DNA of 64,000 bases from Gammaproteobacteria bacterium (GTDB taxonomy: Bacteria; Pseudomonadota; Gammaproteobacteria; JAPPPA01), in the NCBI GenBank assembly GCA_030425645.1, contig JAUHZK010000009.1, positions 2,290 to 66,289 on the forward strand. Reading direction: 5' to 3'. The translations under genes were made by a program, and so were the position numbers. Of this stretch, positions 30,094-39,325 are shown one piece after another (within the stretch, counting starts at the first letter, position 1; each line of letters starts with the position of its first letter). The notes below the pieces were generated by a model. That model was given only the letters and a program-made list of their open reading frames with translations, did not search any database and was not told where the DNA came from.

Positions 30094-31113
30094 AAGATGA
30101 TCAAACACCTCGCCGTTGGTGCCGCACTCAGCGCCGCATTCCTCACTGTCCACGCCGAACAGCGCGACGCCAACTACAACTGGTATATCGATCCCATGTT
30201 GTTCTACACCATTTCGGATAGCGATTACGGCACCGATATAGAAGACGGTGCAGGCGGTCGCATTATCTTTGGCCGTAAAGTCACGCAAAACCTCGCCGCG
30301 GAAATTGGGCTAGTTGGGGATCAGCTCGAAAACAATGCTGGCGAAGATATTAGCCGCTCTGGCGCCACGCTTGACCTCCGCTACCAGTTTGGTGACGGCG
30401 GCCTGAAACCATTCGTACTCCTCGGTGCCGGCGTTGTCTCTGTAGATAGCGGTGCCGCTCAGAAAGAAACCGAAACCGTATTAAATGCCGGTCTTGGCTT
30501 TTTGTGGCAATTCCACCGCGACGGCGCTGCAGTGCGTAGCGAAATCCGCGCCAAATCAATTGAAGATAGCAGCAGCAACGAAGACTTCCTCGACTACGAC
30601 ATTGGTGTCGGCGTACACATTCCGCTCGACTCAGACGGTGGTGTTGCCGAACTCGCCGCTCCTGCGCCGGTCCCTGTCGTCAAAGACTCTGACCGTGACG
30701 GCGTTGCCGACAACGCTGATCGCTGCCCACGCACCGCTGCTGCGACCCGAGTAGATGCAGATGGCTGCCCTATCGCCGAAGTAATCACTTTAGAAGGTCT
30801 TAACTTTGCACGGAATTCAGCGCAACTAACACTCGCTGGCAGCGAACTAGAACGCGCTTTGCAGACCTTACGTCAGTACCCTGATATGCGTGTCCTTATC
30901 GCTGGACACACAGACAGTCGCTCTAGCGACAGCTACAACCAAAAGCTTTCACAGCGTCGCGCGGCCTCAGTTAAAAGCTGGCTAGTCCAAAGAGGCATCG
31001 CTGCCAACCGCATGGAGATCGCTGGCTTTGGTGAGTCACGCCCGATTGCAGACAACGGTACGGCAGAAGGCCGCGCCAAAAACCGTCGAGTTGACTTGCA
31101 CGTTTTACGCTAG
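30094..31113 (+). CDS. OmpA-family outer-membrane protein with thrombospondin-type-3 calcium-binding repeats.
   Basis: It has a signal peptide (MIKHLAVGAALSAAFLTVHA). Its Asp-rich repeats (DSDRDGVADNADRCP, VDADGCP) resemble thrombospondin type 3 repeats. Its C-terminal OmpA domain has GHTDSRSSDSYNQKLSQRRAASV...NRRVDL. The listed ORF starts 18 codons earlier, lacks a signal peptide there, and has no ribosome-binding site. Confidence 0.85.
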   Translation, partial: KMIKHLAVGAALSAAFLTVHAEQRDANYNWYIDPMLFYTISDSDYGTDIEDGAGGRIIFGRKVTQNLAAEIGLVGDQLENNAGEDISRSGATLDLRYQFGDGGLKPFVLLGAGVVSVDSGAAQKETETVLNAGLGFLWQFHRDGAAVRSEIRAKSIEDSSSNEDFLDYDIGVGVHIPLDSDGGVAELAAPAPVPVVKDSDRDGVADNADRCPRTAAATRVDADGCPIAEVITLEGLNFARNSAQLTLAGSELERALQTLRQYPDMRVLIAGHTDSRSSDSYNQKLSQRRAASVKSWLVQRGIAANRMEIAGFGESRPIADNGTAEGRAKNRRVDLHVLR

Positions 31114-31135
31114 GACTTAACCAAGCTCGACCATA

Positions 31136-31170
31136 AGCCGCCGCGGCACCAAGCCCCGGCGGCTTTTTTA
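31136..31170 (+). terminator. Rho-independent terminator after the OmpA-family gene.
   Basis: A GC-rich stem (AGCCGCCG...CGGCGGCT) followed by TTTTTTA. Confidence 0.7.
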
Positions 31171-31223
31171 TGCCTATTCGTGCTACCGGCCGTTCCCCAA
31201 ACAGCACGAGAAAATCTTTAGGC

Positions 31224-31257
31224 CAAAAAAAACCGCCTCAGCAAGGGCGGTTTTCTT
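31224..31257 (-). terminator. Rho-independent terminator of ilvH; its sequence context is bidirectional.
   Basis: The stem CCGCC(T)...(G)GGCGG is flanked by an A-run on one side and a T-run on the other. It lies 20 nt downstream of the ilvH stop on the minus strand. Confidence 0.65.
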
Positions 31258-31279
31258 AATTCAGCGTAGACGCTGATGG

Positions 31280-31777
31280 CTAGTCAATCGCTAGACACTG
31301 TTTACCGCGTTCAATCGCCGCAACACCACTACGAACAACCTCAGCGATTTCAGCCACCGCCTCAATCGCCGCCACAAAGGCATCAACTTCATCCGACGTA
31401 CCGGCCAACTGCACCGTGTAGGTCGTGTCGGTGTCTTCTAAAATCCGGGCATGTGCCTCAGTCACCAAGTCACGCACCGCATCACGCTGTTCGCCTTCTG
31501 CTGATACCTTAAGTAACAGCAACTCACGGGCAAAACGTTCTTCCGCAGTCAGGTCCAGCAACGCCACCACATCAACCAATTTCGACAACTGCTTATTAAT
31601 CTGCCCAATCACGGCATCGGTGCCGGTGGTTACCAACGTTAAGCGCGAAACGGTGACGTCATTAGTCGGCGCTACGCTTAGCGATTCAATGTTATAGCCA
31701 CGCGCAGAAAATAAGCCGGCAACTCTAGAAAGCGCGCCCGCCTCGTTTTGAAGCAATACAGAAATAGTGTGCCGCAT
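31280..31777 (-). CDS. ilvH: Acetolactate synthase small (regulatory) subunit, IlvH/IlvN.
   Basis: The 165-aa product starts MRHTISVLLQNEAGALSRVAGLFSARGYNIESLSVAPTNDVTVSRLTLVT, near-collinear with E. coli IlvH. It has the ACT domain and the C-terminal VQLAGTSDEVDAF motif. Confidence 0.92.
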   Translation of the reverse strand: MRHTISVLLQNEAGALSRVAGLFSARGYNIESLSVAPTNDVTVSRLTLVTTGTDAVIGQINKQLSKLVDVVALLDLTAEERFARELLLLKVSAEGEQRDAVRDLVTEAHARILEDTDTTYTVQLAGTSDEVDAFVAAIEAVAEIAEVVRSGVAAIERGKQCLAID

Positions 31778-32001
31778 TGGCCCTACAGAAAGTTGGTGGT
31801 AAGTGGGTAGTGCTGACAGGTCAACACCCGATATGTCGCGAAAGTTACTGTCTAACCCCTAAAAAATCAAGCTCAGATAGCGTTTTGGGGCTTTTTTGCG
31901 CTGCGTCATTTCCCCCGCTCGGGTTAAAATAGCTCGCTTTGCTTTTCGCCCCAATTAGCGAAAGCTACTTTATACCTAATTCACGTTAGCCAAAGATCAC
32001 A

Positions 32002-33843
32002 ATGACAGACCCAAAACGCCCAGCATTAAAACCTCGAACCGGCCAAACCCTCAGTGGTGCGGAAACGATTGTGCAGGTACTCGCAGAAGAAGGCGTAGAC
32101 ACCGTATTCGGTTATAGCGGCGGCGCTATTTTGCCAACCTATGACGCTATCTTCCGCCATAACGAAGAAAACCCAGAGGCACCAATGCCTCTGATCGTAC
32201 CTGCTAACGAGCAAGGTGCTGGTTTTATGGCGGCAGGCTATAGCCGCGCCAGTGGTCGCGTTGGTGTTTGCATGGTGACTTCTGGCCCCGGCGCCACCAA
32301 TACCGTGACACCGATTCGTGACTGCATGGCTGACTCAATCCCAATGGTGATGATCTGTGGCCAAGTACCCACAGGCGCCATTGGTACCGACGCTTTCCAA
32401 GAAGCCCCTATCAGCAACATTATGGGCGCCTGCGCCAAGCACGTTTTCTTGGTTACCGACCCTAATAAGCTCGAAGAAACGGTACGTACTGCCTTCGAGA
32501 TCGCGCGCACAGGCCGCCCAGGCCCCGTTGTCATTGATGTACCGAAAGACGTGCAGAACTGGTCTGGCGAATACAAAGGCAAGGGCCAACTAGCGATTCC
32601 TGGCTACCGCAATCGCATGCAGAAAATTTTTGATGCAGAAATTAGCGACCAACAATGCGCTGACTTCTTCCTGATGCTTGCAAAAGCCAAGCGCCCGCTA
32701 ATCTATGCCGGTGGCGGCGTCATCAACGGCGAAAGCTCAGAAGCCCTGCGTGAGTTAGTTAACAGCTTTAAGATTCCTGTAGTCACCACCTTGATGGGCA
32801 TTGGTGCGGTCGATACCCGCACTGACCTGTCCATGCATATGCTGGGTATGCACGGCGCGGCATTTGCCAACTATGCAGTTGATGACTGTGACTGCCTAAT
32901 TGCGGTCGGTGCGCGCTTTGACGACCGCGTTGCCGGCAACCCTGAAGCTTTCGCTCCCAATGCTAAAGCCATCGCACACTTTGACATTGACCCATCCGAA
33001 ATCGGCAAAGTAAAAGCTGTTGATTGGTCACATGTAGGTGAACTGATCCCCGCATTAAACAAGCTGGTAGAGCACGGCAAGCACACCAAGTTTGAAAAAG
33101 ATTACAGCGAATGGCACGACCATATTGGCGCGCTTAAAGCCAAGCACGGCTTTACCTACAAAAAAGACGGCGACGCCATTCAGCCCTACTACGTGATTGA
33201 AGAAATCAACAAAATCACTAACGGTAAGGCCATTGTGGCTACCGGCGTTGGCCAACACCAAATGTGGGCCGCGCAGTACTTTGATTTTGCTGAGCCACGT
33301 TTGTGGCTGACCTCTGGCTCGATGGGCACCATGGGCTTCGGTCTACCGGCTGCGATTGGTGCGCAATACGCTTGCCCAGATGCATTGGTAATCGACGTTG
33401 ATGGCGACGGCTCTATTCGCATGAACCTAGGCGACCTAGAAACGGTTACCACCTACAACCTGCCAGTGAAAGTACTGCTGTTAAATAACTACGGCGACGG
33501 CATGGTGCGCCAGTGGCAGAAACTATTCTTTAAAGGCCGCTTCTCTGCTTCAGACAAGAGCCTACATAAGAAAGACTTTATTAAAGCCGCCGAAGCCGAC
33601 GGTTTCCCTTGGGTACGCCGCCTAGAAAACAATGCCGATGTGCCATCAGTGGTAAAAGACTTTATTGAGTTCGACGGCCCTGCCTTCCTAGAAGTCATTA
33701 TTGACGGCGATGCTGGCGTATACCCAATGGTCGGCCCTGGCGCCAGCTACAAAGAAATGATTACCGGCGACTGGATTGCCTCACGCGAGGGCGAAGAGCC
33801 TAAGCCAGAAGACAACCCAGCCACTGCTACCAACTTGTTCTAA
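32002..33843 (+). CDS. ilvI: Acetolactate synthase large subunit (IlvI/IlvB-like, thiamine-diphosphate-dependent).
   Basis: The N-terminus LSGAETIVQVLAEEGVDTVFGYSGGAILPTYDAIF matches the IlvI N-terminus. It has the ThDP motif (GSMGTMGFGLPAAIGA...DGDGS) and an FAD-binding middle domain. It has a C-terminal extension of about 40 aa. Confidence 0.88.
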   Translation: MTDPKRPALKPRTGQTLSGAETIVQVLAEEGVDTVFGYSGGAILPTYDAIFRHNEENPEAPMPLIVPANEQGAGFMAAGYSRASGRVGVCMVTSGPGATNTVTPIRDCMADSIPMVMICGQVPTGAIGTDAFQEAPISNIMGACAKHVFLVTDPNKLEETVRTAFEIARTGRPGPVVIDVPKDVQNWSGEYKGKGQLAIPGYRNRMQKIFDAEISDQQCADFFLMLAKAKRPLIYAGGGVINGESSEALRELVNSFKIPVVTTLMGIGAVDTRTDLSMHMLGMHGAAFANYAVDDCDCLIAVGARFDDRVAGNPEAFAPNAKAIAHFDIDPSEIGKVKAVDWSHVGELIPALNKLVEHGKHTKFEKDYSEWHDHIGALKAKHGFTYKKDGDAIQPYYVIEEINKITNGKAIVATGVGQHQMWAAQYFDFAEPRLWLTSGSMGTMGFGLPAAIGAQYACPDALVIDVDGDGSIRMNLGDLETVTTYNLPVKVLLLNNYGDGMVRQWQKLFFKGRFSASDKSLHKKDFIKAAEADGFPWVRRLENNADVPSVVKDFIEFDGPAFLEVIIDGDAGVYPMVGPGASYKEMITGDWIASREGEEPKPEDNPATATNLF

Positions 33844-33909
33844 ACAATCGGCCACGGAACCTAAAGCGGACCCCGCTCTGGGTTGCGTGGCTTTCAATCA
33901 GATAAAACG

Positions 33910-35634
33910 ATGAAAGCCTCCCAGATTACGGTTTCCACCCTTAAAGAAGTCCCAGCTCACGCGGACGTTATTTCTCAACAACTGATGCTGCGCGCTGGCC
34001 TTATCCGCCAGCTTGCCTCTGGCCTTTATAGCTGGATGCCAATGGGCCTACGCGTATTGCGTAAGGTTGAAAACATTGTCCGCGAAGAAATGAATGCGGC
34101 CGGTGCCGAAGAGCTCCTGATGCCAGCCGTACAACCAGCAGAGCTGTGGCAAGAGTCTGGCCGCTGGCAAAAATATGGCGACGAGTTACTGCGTTTAACT
34201 GACCGCCACGACCGCGAATTCTGCGTTGGCCCCACGCACGAAGAAGTTATTACCGACATCGCCCGCAACGAGCTAAAAAGCTACAAGCAACTGCCGCGTA
34301 ACTTCTACCAAATTCAAACCAAATTCCGTGACGAACGCCGCCCTCGTTTTGGCGTCATGCGCGCACGGGAATTTATTATGAAGGACTCCTACTCCTTCCA
34401 CCTTGGCACGGATTCGCTCGCTGAAACCTACCAAACCATGTACGACACTTACTGCCGTATTTTCAGCCGTATTGGCCTGAATTTCCGCCCAGTAGAAGCC
34501 GACACCGGCAGCATTGGCGGCAACGCCTCGCATGAATTCCATGTGCTGGCTGAATCTGGCGAAGACGATATCGCCTTCTCTACCGAAAGCGATTACGCCG
34601 CTAACGTTGAGATGGCGGAAGCGCTGTCTCCTATAAGCGACTTGGCCGAGCGAGCTGCCGCTGGTGATGCCATGAGCAAATTCGACACCCCGAGCCAACG
34701 CAGCATTGCCGAGGTTTGTGAGCTCACCGGTGCAGATGCAACTGAAACAGTCAAAGTGTTGCTGGTACAAGGCGCTAACGAAGAGCAGCCAGTGATCGCG
34801 CTAGTGCTACGTGGCGACCACGAGCTCAACGAAATTAAAGCCGAAAAGCTGCCAGAAGTCGCCGAGCCGCTCACGCTCGTCAATGACGATCAAATCAAAG
34901 CCGCCGCTGGTTGCGATGCCGGCTTTATCGGTCCGGTTGGCCTAAACGTGCCAATGATTGTTGATCGCGCCGCCGCCGCTAACGCTAACTTTATCTGTGG
35001 CGCTAACGAAAACGGCTATCACCTTAAAAACGTTAACTGGGATCGTGACTGCGACGAACCAGCCAACGTAAAAGACATTCGTAACGTCGTCGCCGGCGAC
35101 CCTTCGCCAGACGGCAAAGGCACGCTTGAAATCAAACGTGGCATCGAAGTCGGTCACGTTTTCCAACTCGGCCAGAAATACGCCGAAGCCTTAGGCGCAA
35201 AAGTGCTCGACGAAAACGGCAAAAACACCACCATGGATATGGGTTGTTACGGCATTGGCGTGAGCCGCGTGGTGGCCTCAGCCATTGAACAAAACAACGA
35301 CGACCGCGGCATACTGTGGCCAGAAGCGATCGCACCGTTCCAAGCAGTTATCTGCCCTATCGGCTACAAGAAGTCAGAAGCCGTAAGCGCCAAATGTGCT
35401 GAGCTATATGACGCACTAACCGCAGCCGGTATTGAAGTCTTACTCGACGACCGCGATATCCGCCCCGGCGTCATGTTCGCCGAATGGGAACTGATCGGCG
35501 TTCCACACCGGTTCACCATTGGTGACCGTGGCCTAGACAAAGGTATTGTTGAATACAAACAACGCCGCGCAGAAAGCAGCGAAGATTTAGCCGCTGACGA
35601 TATTGCTCAGCTTGCCGCCAAAGTAAGTGCCTAA
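33910..35634 (+). CDS. proS: Prolyl-tRNA synthetase.
   Basis: The product starts [49 protein letters not shown], a bacterial-type ProS N-terminus. Class II synthetase motifs and an editing-domain insert are present. The listed ORF starts 9 codons earlier. Confidence 0.93.
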   Translation: MKASQITVSTLKEVPAHADVISQQLMLRAGLIRQLASGLYSWMPMGLRVLRKVENIVREEMNAAGAEELLMPAVQPAELWQESGRWQKYGDELLRLTDRHDREFCVGPTHEEVITDIARNELKSYKQLPRNFYQIQTKFRDERRPRFGVMRAREFIMKDSYSFHLGTDSLAETYQTMYDTYCRIFSRIGLNFRPVEADTGSIGGNASHEFHVLAESGEDDIAFSTESDYAANVEMAEALSPISDLAERAAAGDAMSKFDTPSQRSIAEVCELTGADATETVKVLLVQGANEEQPVIALVLRGDHELNEIKAEKLPEVAEPLTLVNDDQIKAAAGCDAGFIGPVGLNVPMIVDRAAAANANFICGANENGYHLKNVNWDRDCDEPANVKDIRNVVAGDPSPDGKGTLEIKRGIEVGHVFQLGQKYAEALGAKVLDENGKNTTMDMGCYGIGVSRVVASAIEQNNDDRGILWPEAIAPFQAVICPIGYKKSEAVSAKCAELYDALTAAGIEVLLDDRDIRPGVMFAEWELIGVPHRFTIGDRGLDKGIVEYKQRRAESSEDLAADDIAQLAAKVSA

Positions 35635-35637
35635 GCC

Positions 35638-36498
35638 GTGAACGCTCAAGCTCCCATCTTTGCGCCATTTGCCCGCTGCCATCGGCATCTTGAATATCGC
35701 TTGACTGAAGCCGTAAGCACAGAGAGCTTGCGCCCCGTCATTAAAGCGGCAGAAGAAGCCGGCAACGTCGTCATCGGCTTTGGACACACACTTTGGCAAC
35801 AACTCAGCCAAAACACGCCGCCTGAGCTAAAACCCTTTAGTGATATTGGCCCCGCACGCAGCACCCAAGCTGACTTATGGCTCTGGATTGCCGCAGACGA
35901 TCATTCGGCGGTGCTCGACACCAGCATGGCACTGCACACCCTGCTCTCTCCCATCGCCACACTAGAGCGCGAAATTGATGGATTGGAATATCACCAGTCA
36001 CGTGATCGTATTGGTTTCGAAGATGGCTCAGCCAACCCCCAAACTGAAGAAGCACAGCGCCAAGCGGCTTGTATTCCAGAGGGCGTAACCGGCACCGGCG
36101 GCAGTTATGTGTTGACCCAACAGTGGCAGCACAACCTACCGGCCTTTAATGCCATCCCGCTTAAAGAACAGGAAGGCATTGTCGGCCGCACTAAGGCGGA
36201 TTCCATTGAATTGGAAGGCGACGAGATGCCAGCCACCTCACATGTCAGCCGCACCGACGTTAAGGTGGATGGCGTGGCGCAAAAAATCTGGCGGCGCAGT
36301 GTGCCTTGGGGCGGCGTAGAAGCCAACGGCTTGTACTTTGTGGCTTTTGCTTGCGAGCTAAGCCGCATAGAGATTCAATTACAGCGTATGTACGGCCTGA
36401 GTGAGGATGGTATTAAAGACCGCCTCACTGAGTTCTCAACGCCAATCAGCAGTAGCTGGTGGTTTACCCCATCCCAAGAACAACTAAGGGCGCTATAA
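35638..36498 (+). CDS. Dyp-type peroxidase family protein (YfeX/EfeB-like).
   Basis: GTG start. It has the DyP GXXDG motif (RIGFEDGSANP) and the expected length and fold pattern. It lies immediately downstream of proS. Confidence 0.7.
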   Translation: MNAQAPIFAPFARCHRHLEYRLTEAVSTESLRPVIKAAEEAGNVVIGFGHTLWQQLSQNTPPELKPFSDIGPARSTQADLWLWIAADDHSAVLDTSMALHTLLSPIATLEREIDGLEYHQSRDRIGFEDGSANPQTEEAQRQAACIPEGVTGTGGSYVLTQQWQHNLPAFNAIPLKEQEGIVGRTKADSIELEGDEMPATSHVSRTDVKVDGVAQKIWRRSVPWGGVEANGLYFVAFACELSRIEIQLQRMYGLSEDGIKDRLTEFSTPISSSWWFTPSQEQLRAL

Positions 36499-36566
36499 AG
36501 CGCCCTTAGTGTTGGCTGTCGTAAGCGCAATAAGCGCTTTAACGACCCAGTCTTAGCAGCTAGTCC

Positions 36567-37034
36567 CTACCGGCCAATTAGACCAAGCAAGTTTTCGCGG
36601 CGAACCCAAGCCAAGGTTGCACTCGCAAGCCAAACGCCACAAGCCATCGCAAATAACGCACCACCGTCGCTGCTACCGTCAGCATTCTGAACAGCCACAC
36701 CCAGCGGTGTGAACAGGTGGAAGAAGATAGCGCCAGAAATCACGCCCATTGATAACAACGCCCCAAGGCCTTGCAGCAAACGTGGGCCAATTGCACCGAT
36801 GATCAACATAATCGACGCAATCAGTTCAGCTGTACCGACTACCTTGGCACTAAAAATACCACCCGGCGCAAAAATACCGCCAAAGCCAAGTGTTTCCGCC
36901 CAAGCATCTAGTTTGGTTTCAAAGATATACACCGTTTCTGGCGAGCCAGTGAATTTGAAAAACAGCGACTGAATAAATACAAAGCTAATAAAGGCCGTGA
37001 GCAAATAGTGTCCGTTCTGTTTTAACCAGTTCAT
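36567..37034 (-). CDS. DoxX-family small integral membrane protein.
   Basis: The 155-aa product has four predicted transmembrane helices and DoxX-like composition. It is the last gene of the four-gene operon. Confidence 0.55.
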   Translation of the reverse strand: MNWLKQNGHYLLTAFISFVFIQSLFFKFTGSPETVYIFETKLDAWAETLGFGGIFAPGGIFSAKVVGTAELIASIMLIIGAIGPRLLQGLGALLSMGVISGAIFFHLFTPLGVAVQNADGSSDGGALFAMACGVWLASATLAWVRRENLLGLIGR

Positions 37035-37044
37035 TTTTATATTC

Positions 37045-38202
37045 CTATTCGAGAGAGTCTAAATTGATATCGTTTAACGCTGCCCACTGCTTACCGCGGG
37101 CCAAATCTTGGCGAAATAATCGCAACAAACCCCAGGCAGAAGTTACCTCAGCGTCTCGTTTTATTTCCTGAGCACCCAGTGCAAAACACAAACGCCAATG
37201 CTGGAACAAAGCGCGATAACCGTCAATTAGTCGCGCCCCAGGGTGATAAATATGAGCCGGTTCGCTGGTCACGCCGTTAACTTCTAACACTTGCAAGCCG
37301 ACACCCCGAGCCAGATCGTCGGCCGAAGCACAGCGTAAATCGGCACGACCAATATTAAACCCAGGCATAGCCTCAAACACACGCTCGGCCCAGGCCTCTA
37401 GTTCAGGAGTGATTAGATGCCGCGCATCTAAAAATGTCGTGCCGCGACAATGCGCGCCAATTTCAACCAGCTGCACGGTTTCCGCTTTAGCCGGTATTGA
37501 TTGCATTAGCTCAGAGCGCTCTTTCCACAAGGTCGGCGCTATTAGCGCGCCTCGCGCGTCCGCTTCCACCAACTCCGCCAAGCTACGCTCGCCATCACCG
37601 ATAACGATCGGAAACTGCTTCTCGTTAATCGACAAGATGCGGGCCTTGTGCGTGTCAGGGTCCTTATAAATGAGGACGCCGAATTCTTGGCCAGCGGCGA
37701 AACGCTGCAACAATACTTGCGACTCAGGGCCGGGCGGCACAGCCGACAAATATTCAGTTAGATCCGCGTCTGAGCGCACCACCGCAACCGCACGCCCACG
37801 TTGCCCTTGATTGGGCTTAATTACCAAAGGGTAACCACCTAAATCCTGAGCACTGGCTTTGGCCACAGCGGGATCAAAACCTTCTGCGCCATAAGACAAC
37901 AAGCGCCACGCGGGTACTGCTTCAGGAAAATTCTCAGTCAGAGGGGTCAAAATACGGGCTTTAGATTCACCACAAAGACCGCTGGCGTGCCCCATCATTG
38001 GATTGCAGGCGCTAAAAGCAGTTAATCGTCGATGCCTCAAACCCAGCAACAATATCCACAACACCACCGGAATATAAACCAACCAAGACGGCCAAAATTC
38101 CCAGCGACCAGCACGGCGAAGGCTAGTTGCCCAGCGCTGCATACGGGGTTGATCCTGCCAATGCTGCGGCGGCAACTGCGCCAATTCTTCAGGTGTGGCC
38201 AT
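37045..38202 (-). CDS. ATP-grasp domain protein with an N-terminal transmembrane segment.
   Basis: The 385-aa product has an N-terminal hydrophobic helix (WEFWPSWLVYIPVVLWILLLGL). It has ATP-grasp hallmarks: GYPLVIKPNQGQRG in the K-loop, a central GQEFGVLIY, and the Mg-binding LQVLEVNGVTSEP. Its start overlaps the stop of the upstream DinB-like gene. Confidence 0.65.
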   Translation of the reverse strand: MATPEELAQLPPQHWQDQPRMQRWATSLRRAGRWEFWPSWLVYIPVVLWILLLGLRHRRLTAFSACNPMMGHASGLCGESKARILTPLTENFPEAVPAWRLLSYGAEGFDPAVAKASAQDLGGYPLVIKPNQGQRGRAVAVVRSDADLTEYLSAVPPGPESQVLLQRFAAGQEFGVLIYKDPDTHKARILSINEKQFPIVIGDGERSLAELVEADARGALIAPTLWKERSELMQSIPAKAETVQLVEIGAHCRGTTFLDARHLITPELEAWAERVFEAMPGFNIGRADLRCASADDLARGVGLQVLEVNGVTSEPAHIYHPGARLIDGYRALFQHWRLCFALGAQEIKRDAEVTSAWGLLRLFRQDLARGKQWAALNDINLDSLE

Positions 38203-38711
38203 TAAGCAGCAGAGGCCGCATCTTCGGTGGAGGTCGCGTAACGTCGCGTACCAGGCGCCACGCCAAAGCCATCTGGCAGGGCCACATTGGCCTCTTTTAG
38301 CGCTAAGGCAACAAAGGCGTAATGGTGAATAGCATGCAAACCTACAAATTGCAGCTCGCGGCCAAGGCTACTTTCGGCAGCCATTTGATCTTCACCCACC
38401 ATACCCACTGCGAACTCAGCGCGAATAGGTGCTTCCATTGGTAATGGTCGCCCAGTTAGCAGCTCTTCTACTTCCGTTAGCGCTGCCAACATGGCATCTG
38501 GGTCGGACTCTAGGCAGCCACCGCGGGTGCGTTTTTCGTAATCTACGCAGCCGTTAGAAACGCCGTCAAGTAAAAGCTGGTAATGCTCAATCACGTGTCG
38601 CAAATGCGGCCCGACTTTGGCAGAAAACTCGATCTCGGTTCCGTCCACGGCTTTAACAACGTCGCGGGCTTGCTTCAATAGCTGGCAGTTGAATTGAATT
38701 AATGGGCTCAT
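38202..38711 (-). CDS. DinB/YfiT-like (DinB_2) metal-dependent four-helix-bundle protein.
   Basis: The 169-aa product has a His-rich triad pattern (HLRHVIEHY ... HAIHHYAF) characteristic of the DinB_2 / MDMPI / bacillithiol-transferase superfamily. It is translationally coupled to both neighbours. Confidence 0.55.
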   Translation of the reverse strand: MSPLIQFNCQLLKQARDVVKAVDGTEIEFSAKVGPHLRHVIEHYQLLLDGVSNGCVDYEKRTRGGCLESDPDAMLAALTEVEELLTGRPLPMEAPIRAEFAVGMVGEDQMAAESSLGRELQFVGLHAIHHYAFVALALKEANVALPDGFGVAPGTRRYATSTEDAASAA

Positions 38712-38712
38712 G

Positions 38713-39129
38713 TCAGGCGACCTGCACTCCGTCTTCTATGCGTTCTTCTCGATACAGCAACAAGCTGTAACCGCTGGCAAATCCAATCGTGGGCAAAATC
38801 CCTGGAGCCAATGTTAATAAAATTTTGGGCGTGCCTAGCGCCGTGTGCACGGAAATAAGCAAGGCATAGGTAAACACCATGGAACCTAGAAACGAACAAG
38901 CAACACTCATTAGCGGCCAACGTCCTAGGCCATAACAAAGCCGCATGATACGCACACCAAAGAATGTCAGAAAGGCAGACAAGCTCCAATGGCTTAAGCC
39001 AATCATCCAAGCATTGTCGGCACCAGCATGATGATTGACTGCAAAAGCCCAAGCACCATAAAGCCCTCCCCCCAGCAAAGCGCCGAGTGGCGAGTCGATT
39101 AGTGCATGTAAGCGGCTCAGAATCATCAA
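38713..39129 (-). CDS. Small polytopic membrane protein (4 transmembrane helices), unknown family. First gene of the operon.
   Basis: The 138-aa product has four hydrophobic helices. A 196-nt divergent promoter region lies upstream. Confidence 0.5.
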   Translation of the reverse strand: MMILSRLHALIDSPLGALLGGGLYGAWAFAVNHHAGADNAWMIGLSHWSLSAFLTFFGVRIMRLCYGLGRWPLMSVACSFLGSMVFTYALLISVHTALGTPKILLTLAPGILPTIGFASGYSLLLYREERIEDGVQVA

Positions 39130-39325
39130 TACGTCTTTATGTCTGCAATCTAGGTAACCAGTTTACCGTGGCTGCGGCTCTAGAGCCCAAATAGATTGTT
39201 AAGTTCCTGAGTAAAAAGCAATTTTGCTTATCGTCTCTTTTTAATTCAATTAGGGAACCGCCACCGCAAGCCTGTGTCACTAGGCCAAACAAGCCACCTT
39301 AACGGCAGCCAAACGGAGCTCTACC

